NCBI RefSeq assembly: GCF_964188315.1
Contig: NC_135670.1
Span: 11,656,001-11,720,000 of the forward strand
DNA: 64,000 nt
Direction: 5' to 3'
DNA from: Podarcis muralis
Taxonomy: Eukaryota
In this document: piece after piece, positions 48,101 through 60,001 of the stretch
How the letters are laid out: every line of letters begins with the position of its first letter
Numbering within the stretch: the first letter of the stretch is position 1
Made by a program: the position numbers and the translations under genes
Notes under the pieces: generated by a model
Database searches by the model: none
Told to the model about the DNA's origin: nothing
Seen by the model: only the letters and a program-made list of their open reading frames with translations

Positions 48101-51100
48101 CAAACTGGGAACCGTGGCTAGCATCTTCCAAACAAGCTATGATTTGTGTAAGCCAATGTTTCCCAGTTTGGATGTAACAGGAAACTATGGTTCCTGGCTT
48201 GAGTCCCTTGCTCACACAAAAGGAGGGGCAAAGTTCGTGCCAAGGAGCCACAGTGCGCGTGCATATTCTGGCTTGTAAAGTCAGGATTTGATCCTCCGAA
48301 CTTGGCTTGTTAAGTCTGTGGGCATAGTTGGGCTGTTAACTCTGCTGGCTGAGTCCTACATCATCTCTGGAGCTAGCATTGAGCAGGGGATCCACTCTCT
48401 TACTGCACTGGCAGCCCAACCTTTATTCCCCCTCCCCGCCAATAACACCTTTGCTGTCTTCCTGTCACTCCAGGTCTGAAGCAGCAAATGGATTATTTAA
48501 GTAAACTCAAAGTGAAAGGTTTGGTGATTGGACCTCTCCACGTCAATCCTGAAAACGACCAGGCTGGAACCAACCTCAAAGACATCGACAAAAGATATGG
48601 GACGCTGGATGAGTTCCGGGAAGTCCTGCAGGTGGCGAAGAAAAAAAGTAAGGGCCAAGCGTAACCACAATGGCTACTAGCTGTTGCTCTGCCCCTGAAT
48701 GCCAGTTTCTGGGAATTGCAAGGGAGGAGAGGTGCTGTTGTGCTCAAATCCTGCTTGGTGGCTTCCTTTTTAAGGAATCTGTTTGGCCACCGTGACAAGA
48801 GGATGCTGGGCTTTGGCCTGATCCATCAGCCAGGATCTTGCTATTATATCCCTGGCTGCAGTGCCAGCAAGAGGTCTCTGGAGAAGTTCTAGGAGTCACC
48901 TTTCTGACTTGTGATGTGCCTTGCCTCTCTCTTTCAGGCTTGAAGGTGGTTTTGGATCTGACCCCCAACTATCGTAGCCAGTCGCCTTGGTTCAGCCAGG
49001 AGTTCAGTCTTAACAAGGATTTGCAGGACAAAATGAAGGTGAGGGAGGAAAAGCACACAGTGGAGCATTGGGAAGATCTTAAGGTTGCCACCTTTTTTGG
49101 GTGGTGATGGGGAGGAATTTCTTTACACCTGTGCCTGGGTATCACAGGTGAGGAGAGTTGCTGCTTGCTTGCCCACCCCCCAGGTCTAAGGTTCTCCCCC
49201 ATCTGATTTATAGAATAATAATAATAATTAATAATTTATTATTCATATGCCACCCATCTGACTGGGTTGCCCCAGCCACTTTGGGCGGCTTCCAACAAAT
49301 GATATAAAACTGCAATAAAGCACCAAACATTAAACACCATAGAATTGTAGCGCTGGAAGGGACCCCAAGGGTCATCTAGTCCAACCCCTGCAATGCAGGA
49401 CTATGCAGGTGGCCCATACAGGGTTTGAACCTGCGACCTTGGCGTTATCTTTTTTTTTTTTTTAAATAAATTTTTATTAGTTTTTCATAAGTAAGAAAGA
49501 AACAAAGCAAAAACATAAACAAACACAAAATTGACTTCCCCGTACCACCCCTTTTCTGCATTCTTGTTTCAAGATTTTTCAGCAACCCTTTCGTAATAAA
49601 CTTGTTTATATTTCATAAATTTAACTTCCATAAGTTATTAATACAACTGTAGTTCTTTATCTCTTATTACCCTGAGCCCCTAATTTTCCAAATTACAACA
49701 GTTTTTAAGATAAACTTTGAATTTGTTCCAATCTTCATCCACCGCCTCTTTCCCCCGGTCTCGAATTCTGCCAGTCATCTCTGCCAGTCCCATATAGTCA
49801 ATCACCTTCGTCTGCCATTCTTCCAACGTGGGTAAATCTTGCGTCTTCCAATACTTTGCTAGAAGGATTCTTGCTGCTGTTGTGGCATACATAAAAAATG
49901 TCCTATCCTTCTTTGGCACCATTTGGCCCACCATGCCCAAGAGAAAGGCTTCTGGTTTTTTAATAAAGGTTCTCTTCAGAACTTTTTTAATTTCATTATA
50001 GATCATTTCCCAGAAAGCCTTAATCTTCGGGCAGGTCCACCAAAGGTGATAGAAGGTTCCCTCCGTTTCATTGCATTTCCAACACTTGTTGTTGGGCAGA
50101 TGATAGATCTTTGCTAACTTAGCCGGAGTCATGTACCACCTGTAGATCATTTTCATAATGTTTTCTCTTAAGGCATTACATGCCGTGAATTTAACACCAG
50201 TGGTCCATAACTGCTCCCAGTCAGCAAGCTCAATGTCATGCCCCATATCCTGTGCCCATTTAATCATACTAGATTTCACCATTTCATCTTGGGTATTCCA
50301 TTTCAACAGCAAGTTGTACATTCTTGACAAATTTTTAGTATTGGGTTCTAACAGTTCTGTTTCTAGTTTTGACTTCTCCACTTGGAAGCCTTTCTTTCTG
50401 TCCTGTTTAAATACTTCATTTATCTGTCGATAATGTAGCCAATCTCTCACCTTAAACTTCAGCTTCTCGAAACTCTGCAATTTTACTTTTTCACCATCTT
50501 GTTCTATGATTTCAGAATATTTAGGCCAATTAGAACCCATATTCAATTTTTTCACCTCTTTTGCCTCCATTGGTGACAGCCACCTAGGGGTTCTACTTTC
50601 AAACAGATCTTTATACCTTATCCAAACATTATACAAAGCTTTCCTCACCATATGGTTCTTAAAACCTTTGTGCACTTTTACCTTGTCATACCATATATAT
50701 GCATGCCAACCAAATCTGTTATCAAATCCTTCAAGATCCAAAATGTCTGTATTCTCGAGGAGCAGCCAGTCTTTCAACCAGCAAAACGCTGCTGATTCAT
50801 AGTAAAGTCTTAAGTCCGGCAGGGCAAAACCCCCTCTATCTTTTGCATCTGTTAATGTCTTAAATTTTATTCTTGGCTTTTTGCCCTGCCAAACAAACTT
50901 CGATATGTCTTTCTGGCGTTATCAGCACCACGCTCTGACCAACAGAGCTAACTAGTCTGAGTCTAAATACTTTAGATCGAATTTAAAAACTAAACAAACC
51001 TGTAATTGGTCACATATAGCCATTTCTCAAGCAACTTGGGGCAGTGCACATAGCATTACTGGCCTTGCAACAATCCCGTAAGGTAGGCTGAAACAGCAGC

Positions 51101-54100
51101 CTGCATGGTTGAGGGAGGGGTCTGAGCAATGGCCTCCTTAATGTGAATCAACACCCTTGTTCCTTATAGCAGGTGGGCGTATTTCCTTGTAACCTAAATA
51201 AAACTAAATTCACCAAAGGCTAATTAGCAGGGACCGAGAGGGAGGAATCAACCAACACAACATGATTTGGGATTTTTTTTTAGTCACCCTTGAGGACTAA
51301 CTGCTTGTCTGGTCCTGTTTTTTCCCTTTCCATCCCTCAGGAAGCAATTACATTCTGGCTGGAGGAAGGTGTCTCTGGGATCCAGATCGGGGGCGTGGAG
51401 CATTTAAATGTACGTGGTGAGCCCATCCCAACCAATCTCCATTGGTTCATCCTTCTCCCCACCCATTCCAGTTCAGGGCACGAGCGCTTAAGGGACAAAG
51501 TGAATTCCCTTGTGAGCTGGTATTAAAGAGCGGTGGCCTCCTCTTGTCAGATATATGGAGGTTGTTTTCTCTTACAGGGGGAGGGACTTTTGGGTTGTAC
51601 AGAGTGGAAGCTCAGTGGCAGGACATCTGCTTTGCATGCAGAAGGTCAGAGTAGATATAAGGCCACTTCCTGCATTCCTTCCTGTTTGGGATAGTGGTTG
51701 TGGGGTGGAGCTTGAAGTTCCTGCCCTCAGCGTGCATCTATCTCACTTGCCGATCATGTTATTTCCTCAGGACACCCAAATCCTGAGTGAGTGGAAGAAC
51801 CTGACAGAAGAATACAGTGTGGACGACCACACCAGGTAGGCACCCCCCTAAGATGCACAGCTTCCTATTCTGATCCCCTCCTCCTCCTTTAAGCTCCCAA
51901 GCTGTGCTACATAAACATAGTGACTTACATAAGAAAACAAAAATCAAGTTGATAAATCTGTGCCAAAGCAAACTATCCTTCTGCCATTTCCACCCCTTGC
52001 CCCCCATTTTCTCTTAACTTTTTAAAATTATGCTTTTTGCTAATAATGAGTGAAGACAGGAGTGCCAATTTGAATAAAATATTGGGGGGGCCTAATACTG
52101 ATCATGTGCATAATTGATCACGTGATGTGGTGCACGGACACCATTTGAATGGCAATCCCCATCAACTTTGAGGGGGCCTGGTCCCCTCAAATATTTTTCT
52201 GGGGGTGCCGAAGACCCCTCAGCTCCTAGGAGTTGGTTCCTATGAGTGAGGACTAAGATGCCGTACAGGGCCCCGGGAAAGCCCCAGTGGCTTCTGAGCT
52301 TTTACTGAAGACATGACAACCCCAGGCCTATTCGATCCATATTCCATTTAAAAAGCAAAAAGCAAAAAAACCCAGCTTCTAAACATGGTGTAGTTGTTGG
52401 ATTATGACTTGGAAGAAAAATCAAGGTTCAAATCCCCACTCAGCCATGAAGCTCACGGGGTGACCTGGGACCAGTCACTGTCTCTCAGCCTAACCTACCT
52501 CGCAAGGTTGTTGTGCAGACAAAATGGGGACGCCCAAGTATGCTGCCCTGAGCTCCTTGGAGGAAAGGTGGGATACAAGAAGCATCAAAATATACTTATG
52601 TAATAGAAATAAGAAAGCACAGTAAAATTAATTGTGCTGTTCTTGGCCCATGGCTTGTGTCAGCTTGATGTCACTCAGCTGCCTCGTTTGAGCCACCTCT
52701 CAGCAGTGGCTGGTGCCCATTGGCTGGTGGTGAGTAGCAGGAGGCGTAGCCAGAGCCAATCACAGGCACAGCCACCTAATTCTAGTTTGCCCTTCCTGCT
52801 GATTTCTACAAGGGCAACACTGAGACTGAGGAGGAGGAAGGTGAGAGGCAGGGCCACCCCCATCCCAGACTGGTTGTAGGCAGGAAAGGAGGCAGGTGGG
52901 GGTTGGCTGAGGGCAGACTGAGATCGATGGGGCAAGTGCTCCACTTGTCCTAATGAACCAGCCTCCACTGATCTCCATCTCTCTCTCTTCAGGGTGCTCA
53001 TTGCAGTGACACGCAGGCAGGATGCCGAGGGCATCTTCTCCCTCCTCAACGAGACCACAGGCGTGGATCTGCTGAGCAGCCCGTACCTCCTGGGGCTGGT
53101 GACAGGCAGCCAAGAAGACAGCACACGAGGGGAAGCAGCTGCCAAGATGATACGCCAGTACATCCAAGAAGCTGGAGACAAGTGGCCCAGTTGGAGTGTG
53201 AGTGGCAACTCTGTGGTTGCGTCTGCATACGTGTGTGTTTGTGGGTGAAAGAGAGCAAGGGGAGTGGTGGGCCGCCGTTTGTGGCCAGAAGCAGTCTTGT
53301 GCAGATGGTGAGGGCAGCTGGGTACACTTGCCGCAGCCCTCAAAGGGCTAAGCTGGCTTGGGGCCCCTGCCAGGGAGTGGCTGCTTTTTTGTTTGAGTTT
53401 ACAGTGTTATTATCACGAAACTCCCACCCCCAGGCCTCAGACAAGCTNNNNNNNNNNNNNNNNNNNNNNNNNNNNNNNNNNNNNNNNNNNNNNNNNNNNN
53501 NNNNNNNNNNNNNNNNNNNNNNNNNNNNNNNNNNNNNNNNNNNNNNNNNNNNNNNNNNNNNNNNNNNNNNNNNNNNNNNNNNNGGAAAGCCCAGTGGAAA
53601 AAAGAGTTCTTCAGTTGCCTGCCCTGCTTGCATTTGCCTCGCGGAATTTCAACCATCGGCCCTTCAGCCACGTATGGCTGAAATCGCGTGAGTTAAATGC
53701 AAGGGGACCACGGGTGAATTGAAGGTGAGCAGGCAGAGGAAGGAGGGACATTTGCAGGCATAGACCACACAGCTCTGCTGCTGCTGCTCCAATGGCCCCA
53801 TTCTAACCCAAGCTTGATTGGATGCTGACTGTCTGTCCTCTTCCTGCAGGTGGGAAGACCTGACATTGGCCACTTGGCCTCTCCGATGGGCGAGCCTCTC
53901 CTTCGCCTCTTCCACCTGCTGCTCTACACGCTGCCAGGGACGCCCTTCACGGACTACGGAGATGAGATCGGGCTGCGGGACCTGCCGGGACAGGTAAGGG
54001 TGCGACGTCAGGGTCTGGGTGCTTTGCTGATGGGTGGAGGGGCAGATAGGGTGGGGTAGAGTGTGTACATCACAGGCAGGTTCGGTTCTCTGCGTCTGGG

Positions 54101-57100
54101 TAGGGCTGGCAATTTCCCCCCACCTGAAACCCTGGAGAGCTGCCGCCAGTCATTGTAGATAATACTGAACTCAATGGACCCAACGGTTAGACTCTGTATA
54201 TAAGGCAACACCCTGTAGTTCTAAGTAAGATGTAAGCACTAGTCTGTGCAAGGAACCTGCATGTCCTTTGCTTCAGGCAGCAAGGTCTGTTTGGTCTGTT
54301 GTTGTTTTGCAAAGGGTGCGTGGGAGCAGGAAGGGTCAATGAGGCTGAGGAGATACAGCAGCGGAGGCAAGTTTTCGGTTCTTCTGTCTGGTGGTTTCAG
54401 GAAGCTAGATGGGCCAATGGTCTGATTCTATACAAGGCAGCCCAGTGGAAAGGCACCTGCCTCTTCATCAGCCATAGGCATGTAAATGTGGGCGCACTGT
54501 TTTTGAAGACTGGAGAGAAACCAGAGAAAGTTATTATTGTGGGGAGAGCATGGGGAGAATTGAAAGGTGCCAGGAGCTTCAATGCCCCCCCACAGACGTG
54601 CAGGAGAGGCATTCCTTGGCCCCTGCTGCTGGATAACCCAGTTCTTGCCAAAGGATTGTAGTTTTCACTTTATGAAAACAAAAATCTTGGCAGCACAACA
54701 AATGCCTTGCAAAGGGGCCTGCTGTTTCCGGAGTTCCCATGGCTCCATGCAGGAGGTGCACAAACAACAGCCAGCTGCTCTGTGGGCGGATGCTCAAGCA
54801 GCAATATCTATTTGTTGGACCATTTTAAGGCTTGCTCTGGGTGCTAGGAGCAGATCCTGAGTCTGTAACATGCTGGAGCTGCCAGGGCAGGGATGGGGAA
54901 CTGTGGTCCTTCAGATGTTGCTGAACACCCAGCTCTCATCAGCCTCAACCAGCAGGGCCGATGGTCAGGGAGAGTGTGAGTTACAGTCCAGCATGTGGAA
55001 GGCCACAGGGTTCACCTTCTGTTCTGGACACATGTCTCAGCCAATCAGGGATGACATATTAAATGCACTTACAGAAGGGTAAATCAGAGATAAGGGCCAT
55101 CAGCGCTGGTCAGCTTGGTTGATTGTCAGGGATTTTGGGAGTTGTAATCTGTGGAGCACAGATTCCCCCTCTCTGTTTTAGGGGATCAGATCTGGCCCAG
55201 TGGTATCCTCCCCACCACATAAGAAGAACCCCGCTGGATCATGCCAAAATCCCACCTGGTCTAGCATTCTCTTCTTAAGCAGCCCAACCGGATGCTCTTA
55301 TGGAAAGCTCTCAAGCAGTGCCTGAGCGCAGCTGTAATACTCTCCCCAGGCTTGATTCCCAGATACTGCCTTTCACAGTGGATAGAGAACATAGCCATCA
55401 TATTCCATCCCGCATCACATGCAGAAATGCAAACTTTTGTTTTTTTATAATGTGTCAAGCCTCCGGGGGCAGCATGGAATCTGGGCAAATTTAATGGACA
55501 AAAACGTTACTTATATTTGCATTGTGGTTTTTAGACTTGGAAATTCAGATTTCTTCCTGCAAAACACTGGTGGTGGTGGTGGTTTTTAAGGTGCTGCAAT
55601 GGGTCGTGTGTGATGGGTCTTGTTTTTTTTCTGACACCCCCCCCCCCCCCAAGTTGCAGCCATGCTAACAGTAGGTTCTTTTCTTCCTCCAGCCTGCAGC
55701 CTCCAGTGTCATTCGTATGCAGTGGGATAATTCAGCAAACTTTGGATTTTCGAAAGCAAATCAGCAGCAGGTTAACACAGCAGCCAGCAATGTCACTGTA
55801 CAGGTGAGTTGCAGGAGTGATGGGAGAAATGTGGGTGGCTCTTGCCAGTAATTTGTAAATTATATGAGGACACATGCCAGCATGTCACAAATAAATATAT
55901 CCCCAAAATTATCAGCTTAATGCCAACCAAAACTCCATCTAGCCTAGCATCCTGCTTCTAACTGGTCAGCCAGACGCTCCCATGAAGCTCACCAGCAGGG
56001 CATGAAGGCTCTTGTCATAGGAACATCAGAAAGACTGTCTTGTACTGAGTTTGGTCATTGGTTTATCTGGCTTTGTATTGCCCACACTGACTGGCAGCAG
56101 CTCTCCAGGTTTTGAGGCATGCGGCATTCCCAGCCTTCCTGCAGGGGCTGGGGATTGAACCTTGGGGCAAGGCAGTCTCCTTGGTTCCCATTCTTCTCCA
56201 GACAAAGTCCAGCCAGATAACTCAGGAGCCAAGCCCAGTGTGGTATAGACCGCTGGTGCCAGTTAGGTCATTTTTAGACTCTGGACTTAACGGTCCAGCA
56301 TGGAGGGCCTCTGGTGCTGATGTCTGCCCATGCCTTCACTTACCTCAAAACTGGGAAAATCTGGCCCTGCTGTGTTTGGGGCTCCTCCTTGCTCATTCTG
56401 CTGAATTGGGGCCCTGGACTTCTGCCTGAAAGGCCTCCCTTACAGTCACCATTGAGCGGGAGAGCTTTCCCTTGCTGCTTGCCCCCAGTGTCTGGTAGGC
56501 AGAAGTTTATGCTGCATACAAACCATACATTTAAAGCACATTCACCTTCCTCCCTGCAATAATCCTGGGAGCTGTAGTTTAACACACACAGAGCTACAAT
56601 TCCCAGCAGTGCCCCTAGCAAACTGCAGTTCCCAGGATTTCTGTGTGCTTGCGCTTTAAGTTTATGGTGTGTATGCAGCCTTAATCGCTAAGCAGTTTTT
56701 AGATTTTTAACGCCGGTAACGCGAGAAGTGGTTAAGGAATAACCACTCTCTCCTCTCTGTCTCTCTCCCCTCTCTCTCTCTTCCCCTACCCCTTCTGCAC
56801 AATCCCTGCAGTCACAGAACAGCGACCCGGCTTCGGTCTTGTCGTTCTTCAAGCAGCTGAGCGAGCTGCGGGGGAAGGAGCGCTCCCTCCTTCACGGCGA
56901 ATACACAGAGGCTGAAACCAGCAACCCGAGTGTCTTTGCCTACCTGCGGGTCTGGGACCAGAACAAGCGCTACCTAGTGGTCCTCAACTTTGCTCCCAGG
57001 GACCAGACCATCTCCATAGTGACGTCCCCTCCCCTCCCAGACCAAGTCACAGTGGAGCTCAGCACGCAGCCCACGGAGGAGAAGAAACAGCTGAGTGTAC

Positions 57101-57159
57101 GGGAACTCAAGCTGGCTCCCTCGGAAGGGCTCCTGCTCAGTTTCCCGTATGTGGCCTAG
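45116..57159 (+). CDS. SLC3A2: 4F2 cell-surface antigen heavy chain (CD98hc), about 556 aa
   Basis: Exons 45116-45569, 48474-48647, 48938-49038, 51341-51409, 51771-51835, 52993-53197, 53850-53993, 55693-55803, 56812-57159 (1671 nt, open). Motifs: DTELDMKDVELNEMETEKQPMN, KFTGLSKEELLKVAGTPTWVRTRWALL, TM helix, light-chain disulfide Cys (QAPRC), GH13-like ectodomain (VVLDLTPNY, LLYTLPGTPFTDYGDEIGL), C-terminal GLLLSFPYVA*. Confidence 0.96.
46634..46674. promoter_or_regulatory. Candidate stress-response enhancer in SLC3A2 intron 1 (AARE + CRE + ARE/MARE)
   Basis: GTTTCATCA (46634-42, reverse complement TGATGAAAC), TGACGTCA (46648-55) and GCTGACTCAGCA (46663-74), in a locally CpG-rich patch. Confidence 0.6.
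47125..47350 (+). mobile_element. CR1 LINE fragment (RT C-terminus)
   Basis: GCCAGACCACACCTGGAG...TGTGTCCAGTTCTGGGCACCACA...CAGAGGAGGGCAACCAAGATGATCAAGGG, typical of CR1 ORF2 (RPHLE-CVQFW). Confidence 0.8.
49338..50953 (-). mobile_element. tRNA-Ile-derived SINE with CR1-like tail, split by the L1 insertion
   Basis: Rejoined minus strand reads AGTTAGCTCTGTTGGTCAGAGCGTGGTGCTGATAACGCCAAGGTCGCAGGTTCAAACCCTGTATGGGCCA, followed by a tail ending ATTCTATG. Similar tails occur near 1988-2045 and 30620-30715. Confidence 0.75.
49450..50913 (-). mobile_element. 5'-truncated L1-type LINE (ORF2 C-terminus) in SLC3A2 intron 3
   Basis: About 410 open codons (50912 to 49680) including GGFALPDLRLYY and the CCHC knuckle CWKCNETEGTFYHLWWTC. 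AATAAA plus a 14-nt poly(A) tail. 10-bp TSD TGGCGTTATC at 49440-49449 and 50914-50923. Confidence 0.93.
53448..53583. other. Assembly gap (136 N) in SLC3A2 intron 6
   Basis: N run. Flanking exon phases are compatible, so no exon needs to be missing. Confidence 1.
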
Positions 57160-59639
57160 TTTGACTTGTGGCTCCCCCAACCTGACAGGGAGGAGCAAAA
57201 GAGCAGGGTCTGTGCAACTGTCTTTGGAAAGGAGCAGCCTCTGAATTCTTGAAAGGGCGCAGTTTTCACAGCATTCTGATCTTACTCTCTCCTGTATCAC
57301 CTGAATTTTTTTAACACCTGTCTCTTCTCTCCCTCTGCTCCCCTAATTCCTTCACTCCTTGTACATTCCTTGACCTGCCAGTATCTGGAAAAAAGAAACT
57401 TTTTATAGTAGGAGGGGGGAATAGGTGGACCCTCAGGATGTTGTTGAACTCCGACTCCCATGATCCTTAGCCAGGGTGGCCAGTTGTTGGGTAGGATGGG
57501 AGTTGTAGTTCAATAACATCTGGAGGGCTGTGGGGGTCCCTCACCCGTGGTGTAGAGCTTAATGTCCCCACCACCACCGGATACACTAACATGTCATGTG
57601 CGTGAACAGACTGTCCACAGCTCCAGTTTTGAATATCATTTCCACATGGTGTGTGTGCTTGTCATTTGGCTGGGCAACTTTCTTCCTTGAGAACTGACAA
57701 GTAAAGTTATATGTTTTTGTCCAAACTACATGCCCCAGCTCCTTCTAAGCCTCTGTACTTAACTTTGTGGAATGAATATTACTGCAGGCGCGAGCCTGTC
57801 CTGTTCGTGTGCCTGTCTTGTTTGCCAAAACTGTTGTGAACTGGTATGGAATGAGTTTAATAAATTTCTCTCTGCTGACTCTTGTGGTTTCTGTTCAGAA
57901 TGGTAGTGTTTATGCATGTGCACACAGCCTCTTTCAATTCCCCTGGTAAATCCCAACTCATTCAACAGCACAGTCGTCAGTGGCAGGGGTAGAAGTATGG
58001 CAACTGGCCTAGACTTACCCCCCTCAACAGCTTGGGACCAGGTTACTTAAGGGTACATGTGCTGTTCAGATGGGTCACCACTGAGAGTAACGCATGCTTA
58101 GATTGTACTGGAAACCAGCAATCTGGAATCAATTATCAGCCAAAATTAGACAGGCACCTAAGTGTCTTGATGGCTAGTTGCCAACTGAATGTTTTGGTTT
58201 AAGAAGTCTTTCCCTGAGGAGTGACCCAGCTCTTTATGAAATATAAATTTTATATCTTAAGATTTTTTTTAAAGTGTTTGTAGGAATGGTATTCATTTTT
58301 CGTTATGCTTTGATGGCCTCAGGCTGTGACACAGTTTTAGGTTTTCTTTTGCTTTTTCAAAACCCATATTTACAGCTGTAAACATAGGTTACGGTAGCTT
58401 TCAACCTTTTCTGACATGGGACCCATCTTTAACTGAAACAAGCAGGCAGGGATTTTTCTTTTCACCATAGATATATGGGGGTAATACAGTACTGCTGATG
58501 CTCATTTATTTTATTGCGACCCACCTGAGACCAGCTTGTGAGTTGGTAGTGGGCTCTGACTCAGCAATTAAAGAGTAATGAATAATAATGTGGATACTAG
58601 CAGGCTGGTGCTTGGGGGCCACAGACAATGCTGTGTAGAGGATTGGGGTTTTGGGTACACTACATAACTTACACTCTTTTCCACAAGAAGTGGGATGTGT
58701 ATGAATTATTCCTGAAAAAGAAACTATTGAATGCGTGTGAAGAGTTGTTAACATGTTGAGTTTGGGTATTTGTCTCTACAGTGCCTGCCTATGTACCCTT
58801 CACACATGATACTCAAATGTGCTTCTTGTTACTGCCAACTCATTTAATTTTGTGAGTTAGGTATTTAAAAATACAATCTGTGAAATTCCTTGGAATTTCA
58901 AAACCCTTCAAAAAGGATGGGGAGGACCTTTGCTGGGAGCCCTCCAGATGTTGGACTCCAACTCCCATGAGCCCCCAAGACTAATGGGGAAGCATGATGG
59001 GAGTTGTAGTTCAGCAGCACCTGGAGGGCTACAAGGCCCCCAGCCCTGCAGTAAACTGACAAAGGAGTACAGGACAGTTTAACATGACTTCTGGCTTGCA
59101 CTCAAAGACTTGAGGAATGAGGTTATCGCCCCTCTTTTATTGTCCATTTCTGGTTGCCCAGCCACTGCCACAGTGCCCTTTCTCTTGTCAGATCAAGATG
59201 AGCAGGTGACAGCAAAGGTTGCAAGGTTTTTAGCTGGGGCAATTAGAATAAGATCCAGTAGTTGACTATTGATTCAAAACCCTAAAATGCATTTTATATA
59301 ATCGACTTTTTATTTCTATTCTTTGTATATCGCCTTGCTGTTTTATTGCTATGGCCGATGGCTGACGCAAATAAAGATTGGTTCATTCATTCATATGCTC
59401 CCAGCAGTCCTAAATAGGAATTATCACACCCAGCCATCTCTTTTAAGTAAAGCTTCCCTTTTACTTGTGTGCCCCCCCCCCAGATTTCCACCTCCCCTTT
59501 AATCACCCTCTAAAAAATACCGCCGACACCATTCCTCTCCCCTCCCCAACTTCCTCTTCCCCGTAACCCACTTATTTACATTCCCGCCCCCTCCTCCTCC
59601 CCGGCTCACAACACGCCCTATTTCCTCGCGGCTTCCCCT

Positions 59640-60001
59640 TTAAGCTGCCTCCCCTGACGCAATGCAGGTGAGGCTAGGCCAATGGGACGTCGGGCGGCGG
59701 CGCACGTGACTGCGGAGGGGGCGGGCCCGGGGGTTATTTAAAGGGCCGCCTTTCCTATTGCTGCGGCCGCGGTTGCCGGGGGCTCGCCGGAGGGAGGGGA
59801 ATGCGCGTGCGCGCGGGGCCCGGGAAGTAACGTTCGGCGCTTGCCGTTAGAGCAGAGGAAGAAGAAGAGGAGGAAGAAGAGGGCGAGCGAGAGCGCTTGC
59901 GCGAGCGGGGCAACGGCGACGACTCAGCCCCGGGTGGAGGGAGACGGACGCCAGCCAGGAGCCGAGAGGTCGCAGCGCCGCTTCCCCTCCCCCACGTCAC
60001 C
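59640..60001 (+). promoter_or_regulatory. Calmodulin CpG-island promoter and 5' UTR
   Basis: TGACGCAAT (59655-63), CCAAT (59679-83), E-box CACGTGAC (59703-10), GC box near 59717, TATTTAAA (59735-42), then a GAA/GAG-rich UTR ending in CACCATG|GTGAG. Confidence 0.8.
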
